Below are positions 1 to 9,513 of a stretch of 64,000 nucleotides of DNA, piece after piece (the stretch's first letter is position 1; the number at the start of each line of letters is the position of its first letter). The stretch covers positions 81,244-145,243 of IMG/VR virus record IMGVR_UViG_3300025141_013434, one strand, 5' to 3'. The position numbers were made by a program, and so were the translations under genes. This DNA comes from a virus. A model generated the notes under the pieces. That model ran no database searches, was not told where the DNA came from, and was given only the letters and a program-made list of their open reading frames with translations.

Positions 1-493
1 CAGATTCCATCACCCACCCAATGTCAGTAGAGCAGCTTAAAATTGATCCGTGATAAAGGGCGATATTGATGCGGTCACTATCAGTTGGATCCATCCAACC
101 ATCCTCATCGAAAACGGAAAGAACATTTAAAGAAAAGTCATCACCTAGAAGAACCTCTCCCGAATTCTTGATCAAATGAAGATCCGGATGATTCATCGCA
201 TCCACGATTGGAGTCAATGCATCCTGCCTACTGCTATTTTTTAAATTGCCATCATGGTTGCCCAAAATAATATATGTCGGTGCAATGTTTGCTAGATTCC
301 TAAAGAAGTCAGTACATAACTCCACAAACTCTGGAGATATTTGCGTTTTTGTATGCGCAATGTCACCGCAGTGAACGATATAATCTATTTCTTCTTCTAG
401 TAAGGAATTATATAATTGTTTGAATACTTCCCGGTATTCGTGGTGATATTTTAAGTTGCGGATATGCGTATCCGCAATATGCGCAAATCGCAT
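1..493 (-). CDS. Calcineurin-like metallophosphoesterase, SbcD/Mre11/T4 gp47-like nuclease subunit (runs off the left edge of the window)
   Basis: Not in the ORF track; translated by hand from ATG at 493 as MRFAHIADTHIRNLKYH...VHCGDIAH...ILGNHDGN...LYHG, giving the DxH, GD, GNHD and H motifs. GGAGG SD at 502-498. Confidence 0.85.
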   Translation of the reverse strand, partial: MRFAHIADTHIRNLKYHHEYREVFKQLYNSLLEEEIDYIVHCGDIAHTKTQISPEFVELCTDFFRNLANIAPTYIILGNHDGNLKNSSRQDALTPIVDAMNHPDLHLIKNSGEVLLGDDFSLNVLSVFDEDGWMDPTDSDRINIALYHGSILSCSTDIGWVMES

Positions 494-522
494 ATAGCCT
501 CCGTATCTAAATAGTTTTATTT

Positions 523-551
523 ATTATAGGATAGTTTTGTTCTTAAGTCAA
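523..551 (-). promoter_or_regulatory. Sigma70-type promoter for the phosphoesterase gene
   Basis: Minus strand TTGACT (551-546), exactly 17 nt spacer, TATAAT (528-523), followed by an SD and ATG at 493. Confidence 0.75.
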
Positions 552-739
552 GAGTTTTCTTCGTTTAGAAAACCGACAAAACGATTTAGAAAGACCTGCT
601 GGTCCTGAGGTGTAAGGTTGCGAAATTCCTTAATAATATTTTCGGCCATTTCGCTTCCCGCACTAGATTCTTCAGTCTCCACCATTCTGCTTATCTCTTC
701 TCGAATGATCTGCTTAAGCCTACCTCTAGTGATTTCCAT
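548..739 (-). CDS. Small hypothetical protein with N-terminal ITxxxLKQIIREE motif
   Basis: 63 aa ORF with AAGGAGG SD directly upstream; co-oriented with the operon. Confidence 0.7.
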   Translation of the reverse strand: MEITRGRLKQIIREEISRMVETEESSAGSEMAENIIKEFRNLTPQDQQVFLNRFVGFLNEENS

Positions 740-751
740 GTTCGCGCCTCC

Positions 752-1681
752 TTAAAAATTTAAGTACTGATATAAGTAGTCAGTATTGTCAACAACAGTC
801 GCCTCTTTCTGCAGTTTTAAGAAAGTCTCTTTTGGCATGTCTCCGACGTCCAAGTAAGAACCCAAACTTATCTTTCTTACTTCTACATCGTAATCCATCA
901 AATTCTTAACTATCTTTCTTTCTTTGTGTTCTGCATCAGAATCTAAAGCTATATAAACCTCTTTGCGACACTTTACAATCTTTCTGAATAATTTTGAGTT
1001 TACTCCCAGGCTTGAACCCAAGATAGGAATTGCGTTTTCCGCCCTCATTGCGTCAAAGACCCCCTCGACCAAAACAACCGGCTCGTCCCAATCAATGTAT
1101 AAATCGTTGAAAACCACATCGCGACTTACAGGTGGATTTTTATATTTCGGAAAATGACCTGCATAAGATCTAGCTATAAAATAATTTAAATCTCCATTCT
1201 CATCAAAAGAAGGTATACAAATCCTTTTTGCATAATCTCCAGCATCGCAATATCCTATTTTCCATTTCAAGATGTCCTCCCTATCTATACCCCTGCCCTT
1301 TAAATAAGACAAGGCATGTCGAGCGCCGAAGGATCCTGTCTTGCCGGTCAGCGTTTTAAAGGATTCCGGTAAATGAACTATTGACTTTTCCTCTTTTTGA
1401 ACCTCTGTTGAGAAGATATCTTCGAATCGAGCAAGGTCGACCACTTCTTCGAAAGAAGCCCACTTAGAATATTCAGAATATGGGGCGTATCGTTTTACCA
1501 GTGCAGAAATGTCTATACCTGAGTATCCACAAATCCAGCACTTAAAAACATTTTTATCAACATTTACAGATAATTTACGTTTAGAGTGTTCGCACTTCGG
1601 GCATTTGAATAAATACTCTTCACCCGTCTTAAAAAATCTTCCAAAAGACCTTTCTAAGATTTCAACTTTTTCTCTTTCCAT
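752..1681 (-). CDS. DnaG-type/phage DNA primase (Zn-binding domain plus TOPRIM)
   Basis: CPKC...H and FKCWICG zinc-binding region; ALSYLKGRG; RICIP; KYKN; LVEGVFD and ALDSD TOPRIM motifs. Confidence 0.9.
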   Translation of the reverse strand: MEREKVEILERSFGRFFKTGEEYLFKCPKCEHSKRKLSVNVDKNVFKCWICGYSGIDISALVKRYAPYSEYSKWASFEEVVDLARFEDIFSTEVQKEEKSIVHLPESFKTLTGKTGSFGARHALSYLKGRGIDREDILKWKIGYCDAGDYAKRICIPSFDENGDLNYFIARSYAGHFPKYKNPPVSRDVVFNDLYIDWDEPVVLVEGVFDAMRAENAIPILGSSLGVNSKLFRKIVKCRKEVYIALDSDAEHKERKIVKNLMDYDVEVRKISLGSYLDVGDMPKETFLKLQKEATVVDNTDYLYQYLNF

Positions 1682-2193
1682 TTTAAGAAGCCAGCTTTCG
1701 CTATGACCCAGCTGTCGGCTCTATCAAAAGCTCCGGGGCGTGGGTTTCCATGTTTTGTATATTCTACAACGAAACCGGGTAAAATGTCAAGTACATGTTT
1801 CAAAACTTCTTCTTTTGCTTTCGAACCCCTTGGAACCTTTATTTCACAAGCCTTTCTGGCGGAGGGGGCTGATATGTATTCTGGCTTTATTCCCAAGGAT
1901 TTAAAACAAATCCAAGATACAATTCCATTAAATCTAGATAAAGTGGATAAAGTCTGCGCAGACGAAAAGCCGGATCGAAAAGACTGAAGTGATTGTTCTA
2001 TATAAACCTCTTTTATTTGAAACTTGTGCGACAAGGCAAATATTTGCAATCTTATAAAATCCGCCTTTTCAAAAAGGTCTTTAAACTTGTTTGCGTTCCT
2101 GGTATCCCAACTTTTACAAAAAACTACTTCGCCTTTTTCGTTTAGTATTGTGGCACCGGTTATGCTCGTCGAAACATCTAATCCCAATATCAT
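1654..2193 (-). CDS. RuvC-like Holliday junction resolvase
   Basis: MILGLDVSTSITG, VYIEQ and FDRADS acidic catalytic motifs. Start moved to ATG 2193, which forms an ATGA overlap with the upstream stop. Confidence 0.8.
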   Translation of the reverse strand: MILGLDVSTSITGATILNEKGEVVFCKSWDTRNANKFKDLFEKADFIRLQIFALSHKFQIKEVYIEQSLQSFRSGFSSAQTLSTLSRFNGIVSWICFKSLGIKPEYISAPSARKACEIKVPRGSKAKEEVLKHVLDILPGFVVEYTKHGNPRPGAFDRADSWVIAKAGFLKWKEKKLKS

Positions 2194-2807
2194 TTGCACG
2201 TCTCATAAATAAATTGAATATATCTCACCATTAGTATTTCTTTCACCTTATCATCTGCATTATACCATTCCCAAGAGGCTGTAGACTTCATTCCTTTTAA
2301 TTCTTTTTTTAGTGTTTCTATTTCTTCGTTTAAGATTTCAATTTGGCTATCATCAGGCGGTGGCAGTTCAACTTTTAGTTTTTCCGAAATCTCGTACAGA
2401 TCGCTCAAGTTCTTTTTATCCGCGGCTTCTTGAGCTACTTTAAATAATTCCTCTTTCTCTTTTCTCTCGTTGTCAGTCATTTCGACAAGCTTATCTGGAT
2501 GGATTTCTTTTGCTATATTTCTGAATATCTTTCTTACTGTACTAGAAGGTGGTTGAATTTCTTTTATTTCTTCTTTTTGAACTTCCTCTGCTCTCTTTTT
2601 CGAATTGTCTATCATCCCCTTCTTTGTAATATCCTCAAAAACCTTCCTATCTTCTTTTGAAAGGTTGTTTTTAATAAAATTATTAAAAGCCGAAGCAAAA
2701 TGGGCTGAAGCAGCTGATGCTAGATCTCTATTTATTTCTAATTTTGCTTTTAAGAACTTTAATTCTAAAAGCCGAAGATCGAACTCTTGCTTTGTCACGG
2801 AGGGCAT
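2190..2807 (-). CDS. J-domain (DnaJ-like) co-chaperone
   Basis: VRKIFRNIAKEIHPDK helix II plus HPD motif, followed by KEELFKVAQEA (helix III); coiled-coil flanks. Confidence 0.75.
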   Translation of the reverse strand: MPSVTKQEFDLRLLELKFLKAKLEINRDLASAASAHFASAFNNFIKNNLSKEDRKVFEDITKKGMIDNSKKRAEEVQKEEIKEIQPPSSTVRKIFRNIAKEIHPDKLVEMTDNERKEKEELFKVAQEAADKKNLSDLYEISEKLKVELPPPDDSQIEILNEEIETLKKELKGMKSTASWEWYNADDKVKEILMVRYIQFIYETCK

Positions 2808-4087
2808 TAAAAATCCAGTTTGAGCTTGAAAGTGTATTCTCTTTCTTCTGTCTTCCTCACTGGCTTAGCAAGCTTGGCTATACCGATAAGGTTTCTATCT
2901 TTATCATACACCCCTATCTTCGAAATGTAAACCTCTTTTTTATATGATCCTGTGGGATCCACATATTGAGAATTGTTAAGATTAACAAACTCCAAATCGT
3001 CAAATTCTTTAAAATGTTGACTAGAAGTTTGTGGAGTTTTTGATTGATCGAACCTCGTTACTGTTGGATTTGTTGAATTATTTAATTTGCCGCGGCCCGC
3101 ATGAGCCATCATCGTTACAGTTGGGATGTAGTTAACTCCCTGATATTCTAGCACGAATGCCGAACCTGTCACTACGCCGGCGGCTGTACCGTCAAAAGCA
3201 CCTGCGCCAAAGTCCGTCCACTTTGGAGTCGAAAAAGCCCCGCCAGTGTACTTATCTTGAAAATCTGCGTTTATGTTCCAGCTACCAGTAAGTGCAATAA
3301 AACCTTCATTGTACAAGACAACGCCAGCAACTTTGTCATTATAAGCAGTAGAAGACCCGGCAGTGCCGGATACCTGAATTAATTCGCCGTTCTTCTTCTT
3401 GTCCGTAATTTCTGCAGCTAAAGCGCCAGTGATATAAAATTTTAAAGATACTGATCCTTTTCTTATGGAGGATCCGTAAAATATCGAAGGTATCTCTATG
3501 AGATTTAGTAACTGGCGGCCCTTGTCCCAGTTTACATCAGGTGGTGCAGCTTCGACCGATGAGGAAGAAAACAAATAGTGTTTACTGATATTAGAGTAGC
3601 TATTGAAAACGTTCTTTAAAGCTAGAATATTTTTCTTACTATTAGCAACCTGGGTGACTTCACCTTGCACAAATCTGTCTGTTATCGATGCCGTTGGTGG
3701 GCCGACCGCAAAACGAGTCCTGGTTATACTTGCCGTAAGGGGGTAATTACTTTTTATAATATCCCCGTAATTGAACTGATTGGCAGAGTCAAATTCACTG
3801 GTACTTATTGTCTTAAATGCTGTACGAGCGCCGTTCTTTGTTACGAATGGAAAGATTGAACCTGAACCAGGAGGTTCTGATGTGCTTTGGTCAATTACCC
3901 TGTCTATATTGAGTTCATATAAACTCAAATATCCCTGTGTAGTTGCAAGCTCGTTACTAAGGAGTGATTTGCTAGTCTTTATTCCGTCAATATAAACTTT
4001 AGAATCGTATATAAAAAAAGATTTTCTGGGATATGCTTTTACTCTGTTGTAGAACAGGTCTTCTGAATTGAATTTGTAAAGTGGCAT
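2807..4087 (-). CDS. Virion structural protein (baseplate/fibre attachment); paralogue of 4103-5443
   Basis: C-terminal YISKIGVYDKDRNLIGIAKLAKPVRK...KLDF resembles the end of the tail-collar/fibre-attachment (DUF3751-like) domain. Shares IxKGS, GxVxYxxG and NxSxNPT blocks with its neighbour. Confidence 0.6.
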   Translation of the reverse strand: MPLYKFNSEDLFYNRVKAYPRKSFFIYDSKVYIDGIKTSKSLLSNELATTQGYLSLYELNIDRVIDQSTSEPPGSGSIFPFVTKNGARTAFKTISTSEFDSANQFNYGDIIKSNYPLTASITRTRFAVGPPTASITDRFVQGEVTQVANSKKNILALKNVFNSYSNISKHYLFSSSSVEAAPPDVNWDKGRQLLNLIEIPSIFYGSSIRKGSVSLKFYITGALAAEITDKKKNGELIQVSGTAGSSTAYNDKVAGVVLYNEGFIALTGSWNINADFQDKYTGGAFSTPKWTDFGAGAFDGTAAGVVTGSAFVLEYQGVNYIPTVTMMAHAGRGKLNNSTNPTVTRFDQSKTPQTSSQHFKEFDDLEFVNLNNSQYVDPTGSYKKEVYISKIGVYDKDRNLIGIAKLAKPVRKTEEREYTFKLKLDF

Positions 4088-4102
4088 AGCATTTCTTAAA
4101 TC

Positions 4103-5443
4103 TTAATAGTCTAGTCTAACTCTCAGAGTCAGTTCGTTTGTTGGATCTTTTCTAAGCGGTTCTGACAACTTCGCGGTTGCCATCAATTCATTGTCCGGAG
4201 AATATAAGCCAACTGAAGTTATATAAGATACCGGCATATCGCTTGGGCTGTTCTTTACCCTTATCTTACTTTCTGTCAAGTAAGTTGGGTTGGAACTATA
4301 ATTAAACTCATTGTGATTCGCACGACAGAAATAAACTGTTGAATTAAGTTCTGTCGTGTTGTTGAAAGAGATCTGCTTAATTCTGCGCCTAAGTGCGCTA
4401 CAACCAGTTTGAATTGTAGAACCCGTCAACATAGAGTATACATCTGCTTGAGCTAATGCTGTGATATCAATACCAGCTGCATCTACAATTTGCTTGTGCA
4501 TCATGCAGCTTGCTGAATTGAGAATACCTCCAGTAAGAGCATATACAGTTGGGTTTCCGGCCGCTTTGGCATGGTGGCCTCCGCCGGCGGTAGTAGACGC
4601 GGTAACAAAGCGATTTACTGCACCGCCGAAGCCGGGCCCAGTGGTCTGGTCCGTTGGGGCGGCAGCTTTTGCAAAAACTCTAGCATCCAAAACAACAATG
4701 CCAGCCTGATAGAATACCAACCCTATATTTCCTGGTTTGGTCGGATGAAGAGAGCCCGTTGTCGCGCCATGCGCTATAGCGCCGGATGCTTGCGTAGAAG
4801 AAGCTGACAATATTCCATATTCACCGGCGGGAGAGTTGATCCTGTAATCGTTTTGTGCATTTGTATCTTTTACAGTGATTGTTCGACCAGTATATTTTCG
4901 TAAATCACCGCTAGTCTCTGAAGGAGAGTCTGGTGAACCATAGTTCGGCGCAACACCGAGTTCCATGCTGAAGCTGCCTTTCTTTATTTCATCTTTGACC
5001 AAAAGCCTTGCAAAACTGATGAAAAATGCTTCATTGATCTTCCCTCTCTGACTATCCACAACATCACCGTCTTGATCAAACGCTCTAACGTTTCCGTGCT
5101 GATCGTGACCCATAAGAATCTGAGCCATTTGATTGTATATTGCTATCTTTTCTTCTTGCTCTGTTCTTGCAACTTCCGCAAGAACACCAGATAGTGCCGA
5201 CCCTGTACTGAACCCAAGAGTTATATCAAAAATGTGATTTGCGGAAGAACTAAGATAAGGGTAGTCATATACGCTTTGAAACATTTTGTGAGAATAATTC
5301 TTAATGTTCAACTCTGTCGAAAGACTACCGTCTTTGTTGTAAGTCCCGGAAACAAGAGACCCGGTAATCGGTATTGCCTCGTGCAACAAAGTCTTTGTTG
5401 TTACGATGTCACTGTTTAGGAAGGGTTTGAAAGTTGTCGCCAT
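4103..5443 (-). CDS. Virion structural protein (baseplate/fibre attachment); paralogue of 2807-4087
   Basis: C-terminal YITSVGLYSPDNELMATAKLSEPLRK...RLDY; IKKGS; GLVFYQAG; NYSSNPT. AGGA SD. Confidence 0.6.
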   Translation of the reverse strand: MATTFKPFLNSDIVTTKTLLHEAIPITGSLVSGTYNKDGSLSTELNIKNYSHKMFQSVYDYPYLSSSANHIFDITLGFSTGSALSGVLAEVARTEQEEKIAIYNQMAQILMGHDQHGNVRAFDQDGDVVDSQRGKINEAFFISFARLLVKDEIKKGSFSMELGVAPNYGSPDSPSETSGDLRKYTGRTITVKDTNAQNDYRINSPAGEYGILSASSTQASGAIAHGATTGSLHPTKPGNIGLVFYQAGIVVLDARVFAKAAAPTDQTTGPGFGGAVNRFVTASTTAGGGHHAKAAGNPTVYALTGGILNSASCMMHKQIVDAAGIDITALAQADVYSMLTGSTIQTGCSALRRRIKQISFNNTTELNSTVYFCRANHNEFNYSSNPTYLTESKIRVKNSPSDMPVSYITSVGLYSPDNELMATAKLSEPLRKDPTNELTLRVRLDY

Positions 5444-5458
5444 TTATACAGTCCTTTT

Positions 5459-6496
5459 TTATGAAGTTCCAGACTTCTTAAGATATCTAATTGGAACATC
5501 AATCGATGCCCCCGTTGTTGCTGCCGTTATTCTAATGTACGTGTCTATGTAGAGATATGTCTTCGATCCCCGAAAACCCGGGCACGCGCCAGATGTATCT
5601 TCGACCGAGGTAGCGCCGGTTGTAGTTTTTGAACTTCCAAGTTTCTCAAATAAGTAAGTGGAAGTTTGAAGATTGGTGCTTGGTTGTATCTTGAAATTAA
5701 GCATTTTTCCTCGGGGTCCACGCATGCGATGCCTAGTATGAGCACCACTGGTGTCGGTGCCGGTGCCGCGAATGCCGTCGAAGGGGTCGCCAATCAATCC
5801 ATTATTGGCGGCATTTGCACTCAAATAATAAGAAGCAATTTGATCATCGTCAATAAAAGAAACAGGTACCTGACTGCCGGCAGGGTCGAGAAGATGACCT
5901 AGTCTGTCGTCCATCTCAACAATGAATTGGTTTTCCTGCAAGTCAATCGGGAGATTAATCGCCGGAGATATTTGTGTCGTATCTAATCCTGATTCTATCA
6001 TTATGGAATTGGTAGTTGGGCCCTGGGCCTGAGCCCCTAGCAGAATACCCTTACTTCTGACGTTTGCATTGATCAGGGATTTTTGGACATCCTCCGTATT
6101 CGGATCAACTGTTACAATGTAATATCCGCCGCCTTGCTCATTCGCGCCGGCTGCGGTGGTTTGACCGGAAGTACCAACGTTCTCCTTCCTGTACCCTCCA
6201 TTATGAATTTTAAGAACGGGGAGGTGCAGAGCATTAGTTCTTGTGATTGTCATGAGCTTTGACTTCATCGCAGATGTGTTGTTCGTGAAAGCTTCCAAGA
6301 TCGGAGTTTTTAAGACCTCCAAATCGTAGTAGGCAGAACCACTTGGATGACTTCTGTTGAAGAGAGAATAGTCTATCTCATCATCACCAAGGGCAAATTT
6401 TGTAATTTTAAAATCGCCGCGGGCCATTCGAAATCGGCCTGTGTCCGTAAGAACTGCATCGAGGAGGATATCTCCTGAATTATCAAGAAACGCCAT
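5459..6496 (-). CDS. Virion structural protein (baseplate/fibre attachment, N-terminal LTxxG...FALGDD motif)
   Basis: MAFLDNSGDILLDAVLTDTGRFRMARGDFKITKFALGDDEIDY resembles the start of DUF3751-like domains. AGGAG SD; structural context. Confidence 0.6.
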   Translation of the reverse strand: MAFLDNSGDILLDAVLTDTGRFRMARGDFKITKFALGDDEIDYSLFNRSHPSGSAYYDLEVLKTPILEAFTNNTSAMKSKLMTITRTNALHLPVLKIHNGGYRKENVGTSGQTTAAGANEQGGGYYIVTVDPNTEDVQKSLINANVRSKGILLGAQAQGPTTNSIMIESGLDTTQISPAINLPIDLQENQFIVEMDDRLGHLLDPAGSQVPVSFIDDDQIASYYLSANAANNGLIGDPFDGIRGTGTDTSGAHTRHRMRGPRGKMLNFKIQPSTNLQTSTYLFEKLGSSKTTTGATSVEDTSGACPGFRGSKTYLYIDTYIRITAATTGASIDVPIRYLKKSGTS

Positions 6497-6524
6497 ATTG
6501 TATGCTCCTAGTTTTTTTTACTAG

Positions 6525-6562
6525 AATAATTAGGATTCTAATCAAATAAAATTCTAATTATT
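6525..6562. repeat. Intergenic inverted repeat (13-bp arms, one mismatch)
   Basis: AATAATTAGGATT (6525-6537) versus AATTCTAATTATT (6550-6562) in the largest non-coding gap of the structural region. Confidence 0.6.
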
Positions 6563-6572
6563 TGTCCATTTA

Positions 6573-9503
6573 TTATCTATCAACTATATTACTATAGTCT
6601 TTTGTAAAATTAAAATTTAAATCAATCTGTTTTCCTGTTGATTTAGATGTAATTCTAATTTTAAATTGCTTTCCCCACACAGGGTGATCTGAAATTCCAA
6701 CTGGGCCCGACTTGCCTGGAGCTGATTCCCAACTATTAAAAGACCCGTCTGCTGGTAAGTCTAGCATCTTCTGAGAAAATGCTGGTTCTATGAGAATGTC
6801 CTTCTTGAAGGACAATGTTCTTTTTCTTTCTTCTTTTGGAAAATAGAAAAGATCCGACTTCAAATATACCGCATCGAGATCGCTAACTAGCTCAATTTGA
6901 TATATGTTCGATGGATTAGAAACATGCCCATGGATATCCTCGGTTCTAAATGTGTACCAGTATTTTTTATTCGGAACTATTTTATCTATAAATGATCCCG
7001 CGGTTGCGTCAGATTCCACTCTGCCTATTTTTGATTGAAAAAACGAACCCCAAGAGGTTGGCTCTCGGTCTACCCTGAAAACTTCGAATACTTGAGTTGG
7101 GTCATCGTTTTTGAATTCTACTGCGGAATTCAATATTTCTTCTCCAAGTTCGGGATCTGCTCCTTGACTTATGGCTATCAAGCTAAACTGAGACACGTCA
7201 TCTGGCTCCAACACTACTGGCTTTGCTGCAAAATTCCCAGTCATGCTGTCCATATTGAACATCAGCCTCTTCTTGTCTCCCTTGAAAGGTATCACATCAA
7301 CATTCGGAGATATCGGGGGATTATCCATTGTTATAATTTCTTTAGAATATACCGGGTACTCCAATATTTTAACTGACGGAGTGTGAATAACTCCCATATA
7401 AAAATCCTGGAATCCTCGCTGGGATGCGCCGGTGGGATCCCAAAAATCAACAAGACCCGGAGAAGACATACAGTCAGAATAGGCGTATACCGTCCCGACA
7501 ACAACCACCACTTGATAAATTGTGTACCTATACCTCTTTGAGTATTTCACCTGACTATCTACCATTTTAATGACTTCTGTTTTATCATTTGTTGCAAGAT
7601 AGGTTACTTGTATTGTTTCTCCGGTTTCTGCATCTTTCTTTTCGATCTTAAAACCAACGACTTCTGAATGTGCTGGCTTTCCTCTCAAAATATCCATGAA
7701 AGATCTTTCATTTCTCTTGACGATATTCTTAATTCTTGTCTTCATTAAATTCTTCGTAAAAAGTAGTCTGAATTTCTCTACCGGGTGGAGATCTCTGCCC
7801 TCAACGTTGAACCAATCACGGAACAAGCTTGCAAACCACACTTCTCTGATCTTTGGGCTGCTAATTCTTGACAGAACTAACTCCTGAACATCTTCTGCGC
7901 TTTCGACAACTTGCTCTACTGCATTCCAGTTGTGATTGCGATTGAGACCTTGACGAGCCAAAATTCCGAAGATATTCTCGATAGCTGATGTATCTTCTCC
8001 TTCTCTCAGAGACTGGGCTATTAAAGATTTCTCTACTGAAGTTATTTGAATATCGGTGTACATCGGAAGAAACGGCCGATCGTTCTCGTAAACGGATCTG
8101 AATTCTTCTGAGGAAGGATCGCCATATGAAGATGTGAAAGGAGACCGGCCGGGCAATATACCGAAGACTTCTACGAGATTTTCTTCTGAAATTCTTTCCT
8201 CTGCGGTGAGGTGGCCATCTTCGTCTACTCTTATGTGTGCCCCGGGGCGTCGTATATAATAATTTGGCAGTTGCCTTTCTTCATAATTCTGTAAAACTAC
8301 ACTTTCGTAAAGATTACTGTAAAAATTATACTTCCCTTTTACAGAAATCGTAGGAGCGCCTCGAAGCTGATTATCTTCTGTCTCTTTTTCGCTAAAAAGA
8401 ATAGGAAAATTTGTGGCATAATCGTGAAAATAGTGTCTGCCGGTAAATGGAGGATTATACACCGGCGAGTTGACGCCATTGTGTTGTCTTGATACGGGTG
8501 ATTCGAGCTGCCATGGAACCGGGGTACCATAAAACGGTATAACTGGAAATAAATTTTCTGAAAAGTTGGACCTTTGAGTACTCCAGTTTTGATGATCGCT
8601 CGTGTATGTCTGTAAGCGGCCGTATCGGGCTCTTCGATGTTCGTCTCTCAATTCTCTCCAATTTTGTTCTATCATTTCACGAGGTGTGCCGTCAGAAAAA
8701 TCACCATTCTCTTGCAAAGTTGGTCGACCATACAAATAACATGGCCATTGCCATCGCTGTTCTGGAGTGAAGACATACGGAAAGCGTAACTTTAAAGGCT
8801 CATACCTGATCGGGCCTAGGCGTCTTTCGCTGCGAAACGGTGGTCGATCGAGCAAATCTTCCTTCTCCCAGAACCTTGTCGGGTTGATTGGACCATCATT
8901 GACAGCAAGCTGGCGAAAGCTTTGTTCGGAAACGGATTCGATGTAAGGAGCGCCGGCGTAGAGTTGGTCGTCCACCTGGGGGCCACGAAAAAGTATAGCT
9001 GAGGGATTATGAAAAGAGATGCTGTCCCTTCGATTTGCTTCAACTTGAGCCATGAGATTCGGAACAAATGTTTGTATTCCATTTTTCCAAAACTTTCCTG
9101 TCACATATCTAAAACTATCTATCATTGTTCGGCCATCGGGGCCCGGGACGTTCGCAGGAATTCCGGCCGGGTTCAATGGATCAAACTTTGCATTAGAGTA
9201 AAGATAGGTCGTTTCATCTGTTGGCTCTCCAGCCAAATTATGTGAATGAAATAGCCAAACGCTTTTGCCGGCTGCATACTCTTCGTGATGAAGTCCAAAC
9301 TCTTCCCGGTCTGGAGACACAGAAGAGAGCAAGATCTCTTCTGGTGCGCTCCCAGTTATGCCTGTCTCTGAATCCCCACCAGGGCCATTATTATCATCAA
9401 GATCGGTATTCTGATCGCCGCCATCACCTTCGAATGGGTCATCATCGCGAGAAACCGGAGGAGCGAGGCATGGATCTAATATATTGTCATTTTCTTCTGC
9501 CAT
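6573..9503 (-). CDS. Large structural protein with probable FN3/Ig-like C-terminal domains
   Basis: 976 aa; VVGFKIEKK...MVDSQVKYSKRYRYTI and FIDKIVPNKKYWYTFRTEDIHGHVSNPS match the FN3 tyrosine-corner pattern; acidic N-terminal tail; GAGGAG SD. Confidence 0.55.
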   Translation of the reverse strand: MAEENDNILDPCLAPPVSRDDDPFEGDGGDQNTDLDDNNGPGGDSETGITGSAPEEILLSSVSPDREEFGLHHEEYAAGKSVWLFHSHNLAGEPTDETTYLYSNAKFDPLNPAGIPANVPGPDGRTMIDSFRYVTGKFWKNGIQTFVPNLMAQVEANRRDSISFHNPSAILFRGPQVDDQLYAGAPYIESVSEQSFRQLAVNDGPINPTRFWEKEDLLDRPPFRSERRLGPIRYEPLKLRFPYVFTPEQRWQWPCYLYGRPTLQENGDFSDGTPREMIEQNWRELRDEHRRARYGRLQTYTSDHQNWSTQRSNFSENLFPVIPFYGTPVPWQLESPVSRQHNGVNSPVYNPPFTGRHYFHDYATNFPILFSEKETEDNQLRGAPTISVKGKYNFYSNLYESVVLQNYEERQLPNYYIRRPGAHIRVDEDGHLTAEERISEENLVEVFGILPGRSPFTSSYGDPSSEEFRSVYENDRPFLPMYTDIQITSVEKSLIAQSLREGEDTSAIENIFGILARQGLNRNHNWNAVEQVVESAEDVQELVLSRISSPKIREVWFASLFRDWFNVEGRDLHPVEKFRLLFTKNLMKTRIKNIVKRNERSFMDILRGKPAHSEVVGFKIEKKDAETGETIQVTYLATNDKTEVIKMVDSQVKYSKRYRYTIYQVVVVVGTVYAYSDCMSSPGLVDFWDPTGASQRGFQDFYMGVIHTPSVKILEYPVYSKEIITMDNPPISPNVDVIPFKGDKKRLMFNMDSMTGNFAAKPVVLEPDDVSQFSLIAISQGADPELGEEILNSAVEFKNDDPTQVFEVFRVDREPTSWGSFFQSKIGRVESDATAGSFIDKIVPNKKYWYTFRTEDIHGHVSNPSNIYQIELVSDLDAVYLKSDLFYFPKEERKRTLSFKKDILIEPAFSQKMLDLPADGSFNSWESAPGKSGPVGISDHPVWGKQFKIRITSKSTGKQIDLNFNFTKDYSNIVDR

Positions 9504-9513
9504 TTATAACTCC

